A stretch of 63,808 bases of DNA, counting the filler, from Octopus bimaculoides (Eukaryota), in the NCBI RefSeq assembly GCF_001194135.2. It is 5 parts of 3 records of this genome, joined end to end, with 100 filler letters (N's around TTAATTAATTAA, not from the genome) between each part and the next. Parts side by side here need not be neighbours in the genome. Positions count along the whole stretch, not along the records: positions 61,001 to 63,808 come from NC_068986.1; 4 more parts are not named here. One strand, given 5' to 3'. The position numbers and the translations under genes are program-made. This document shows, in pieces, positions 62,216 to 63,808 of this stretch (positions are counted from its first letter, which is position 1; the number at the start of each line of letters is the position of its first letter). The notes under the pieces are model-generated. The model had not been told where the DNA came from, did no database searches, and saw only the letters and a list, made by a program, of their open reading frames with translations.

Positions 62216-62455
62216 TGCTGTATAAACGGTTATGATATAGTATCTGTATTAGTTTAGCTCCTAGTCGGTCCTGATTAAGCAGGTCTACTACCAAAGATAT
62301 TCCAGCCACGACTATCATGTCTCATTGTTAGTCATAGTGTCTCCAGAAGCATATTAATCCGACGTGTCTTCCCTTTTTAAGCCGAGTTAAACAATATCTA
62401 GCTGTTGTTTCCAGCATATTGTACGACCACGTTGAAGCTCCTTCAGTGTTGGTGG

Positions 62456-63011
62456 GGATCTTTCTGATTTGGCGGGCACCACTTTTTATTTATGTTTTAT
62501 TTAGTGTGTTTTCTACCGAAACATTTTCAAACTTCGTATACTTGTATATTTTGTGTCATAGAACAGATAAAAAAATTTTGTATTCGAAGTTATTTCATGT
62601 AAAAAAATTGTCGTATTTCGGTAATTTCAACCAATCACTGACGTCTATTGAGGTGAAAACAACTACTGCTATGGATTGTCAACAAAGTGTTGTGCGGTGT
62701 AATGGGATCTTTTCCCTTGAATAAAATTAGTGCCGTTGTTAACCCTAAAATCCTAAAGCTAAAACCAGTACAGACGCACGAACGATGTCATAAATAACAG
62801 TATCGCCGATAGTTGTTGACAAACAACGGCACTAATTTGGTTGAAATTACCGAAATACGACAATTTTAACACGAAATAACTTTAAAAAGATAAAATTTTC
62901 TCAATAACACTAAGAGTAAAAGATGTTTTATATGACACATTCTACCAATGTCCCAAGTTTGAAAGTGTTTCAGTAAGAAAACAAGTGGCGCCCGCCAAAT
63001 CAGAAAGATCC
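62456..63011. mobile_element. Long-TIR MITE (~556 bp) with an inner inverted repeat
   Basis: ggatctttctgatttggcgggcRccact at both ends; arms alignable for ~180 bp; inner IR aattagtgccgttgtt at 62725-62740 and 62822-62837. Confidence 0.85.
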
Positions 63012-63267
63012 GATGGTGGTGGTGGTAAAAGTGATTGTGGTAATATGGCTGCGGTAATGGTTGTGATGGTGATAGTAATGACGGTCAAAGTAATGATGGT
63101 GGTGTTGGTCATGTGATTTATTCTATTTAGTTATTCATGTTTATGCGAGTGACTATACAACCACTATCGTGGTGACTCAAAAAATTTCTGCGATTTTTTA
63201 AGTCTCACATGGCGTACTTGATCCGAGCCAACGTCTCTTAAGCTCAAATAGAAGCTTTTGTCTACGA

Positions 63268-63346
63268 CGAGGCGACGAGCTGGCAGAAACGTTAGCACGC
63301 CGGGCGAAATGCTTAGAGGTATTTCGTCTGCCGTTACGTTCTGAGT
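63268..63346 (+). mobile_element. SINE family A head, truncated at the B box
   Basis: gcgacgagctggcagaaacgttagcacgccgggcgaaatgc...gttctgagt. Confidence 0.85.
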
Positions 63347-63350
63347 ATTA

Positions 63351-63772
63351 ATTGAATATTAATTCAATTAACATCAATTTAAAGCCAAGTGGCCTAGCAT
63401 ATAAAAATCTGAAAATTCAGAAAAATTGTATTACATGCTTATAAGAAGGGATGACCAATAAGTGGACATCCGATATGCTAGAAAGAGGTCATCAATGATG
63501 CAACCACAAAGAAAAATAATGTTCTCCAGAAAAAAATTCAGCAAACACCAGAACATAAGCGGGCAAGACAAATTGAAAAATATACATATACTTTTTTCTA
63601 GAGAACATTATTTTTCTTTGTGGTTGGGTCGTTGATGACCTCTTTCTAGCAGATGTCCACTTGGTGATAATCCCTTCTTATAGGCATGTAATACAATTTT
63701 TCTGAATTTTCAGATTTTTTATATGCTAGGCCATTTGGTTTTAAATTAATGTTAATTGAATTAATATTCAAT
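63351..63772. mobile_element. Fold-back/MITE with ~185-bp arms and candidate TTA TSD
   Basis: 63351-63538 and 63594-63772 are reverse complements (roughly 90% by eye); TTA at 63348-63350 and 63773-63775. Confidence 0.88.
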
Positions 63773-63808
63773 TTATCACACTCAATATATAAATATTAAT
63801 TTAAATAA

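Noticed and set aside
6614-62225. Most ORF-track entries (poly-IY, HT, CV, SL, E, X runs)
   Set aside because: They are translations of microsatellites or N gaps, or antisense frames of TEs; there is no coding signal.

Overview
AT-rich, microsatellite- and TE-dense eukaryotic DNA. The SINE, RTE-tail and MITE families look like octopus (coleoid cephalopod) repeats; this is inferred from pattern recall, not from a search. The window is not one locus. Four artificial 100-bp spacers (44 N + TTAATTAATTAA + 44 N) split it into five segments, probably separately assembled: 1-28258, 28359-40827, 40928-52283, 52384-60900 and 61001-63808. The only host gene I can support is in segment 2: five minus-strand GT-AG exons (38807-38916, 34077-34268, 31215-31343 cut by a gap, 29560-29771, 28643-28747). 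Their phases are compatible at every visible junction, and they encode about 250 aa of a natriuretic-peptide-receptor / receptor-guanylyl-cyclase-type extracellular domain. That domain lacks the four cysteines of the two usual intrachain disulfides. The rest is mobile DNA: a Tx1/L1 RT fragment with a perfect 37-bp fold-back at its 5' end, three mariner (D34D) copies and one Tc1 copy, two tandem HERO-type REL LINE pieces, RTE LINE pieces, Penelope-like remnants, several tRNA-derived SINE families (one recurring as head-to-tail dimers) and several MITE/fold-back elements. The most novel-looking signal is a family of minimal hammerhead-like motifs with a non-canonical CUGU(N)GA core (4 copies), alongside one motif with the canonical CUGAUGA core. 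Most ORFs in the supplied track are microsatellite or N-gap artefacts. No rRNA, intact tRNA or CRISPR array was seen. Boundaries of individual SINE copies are approximate.
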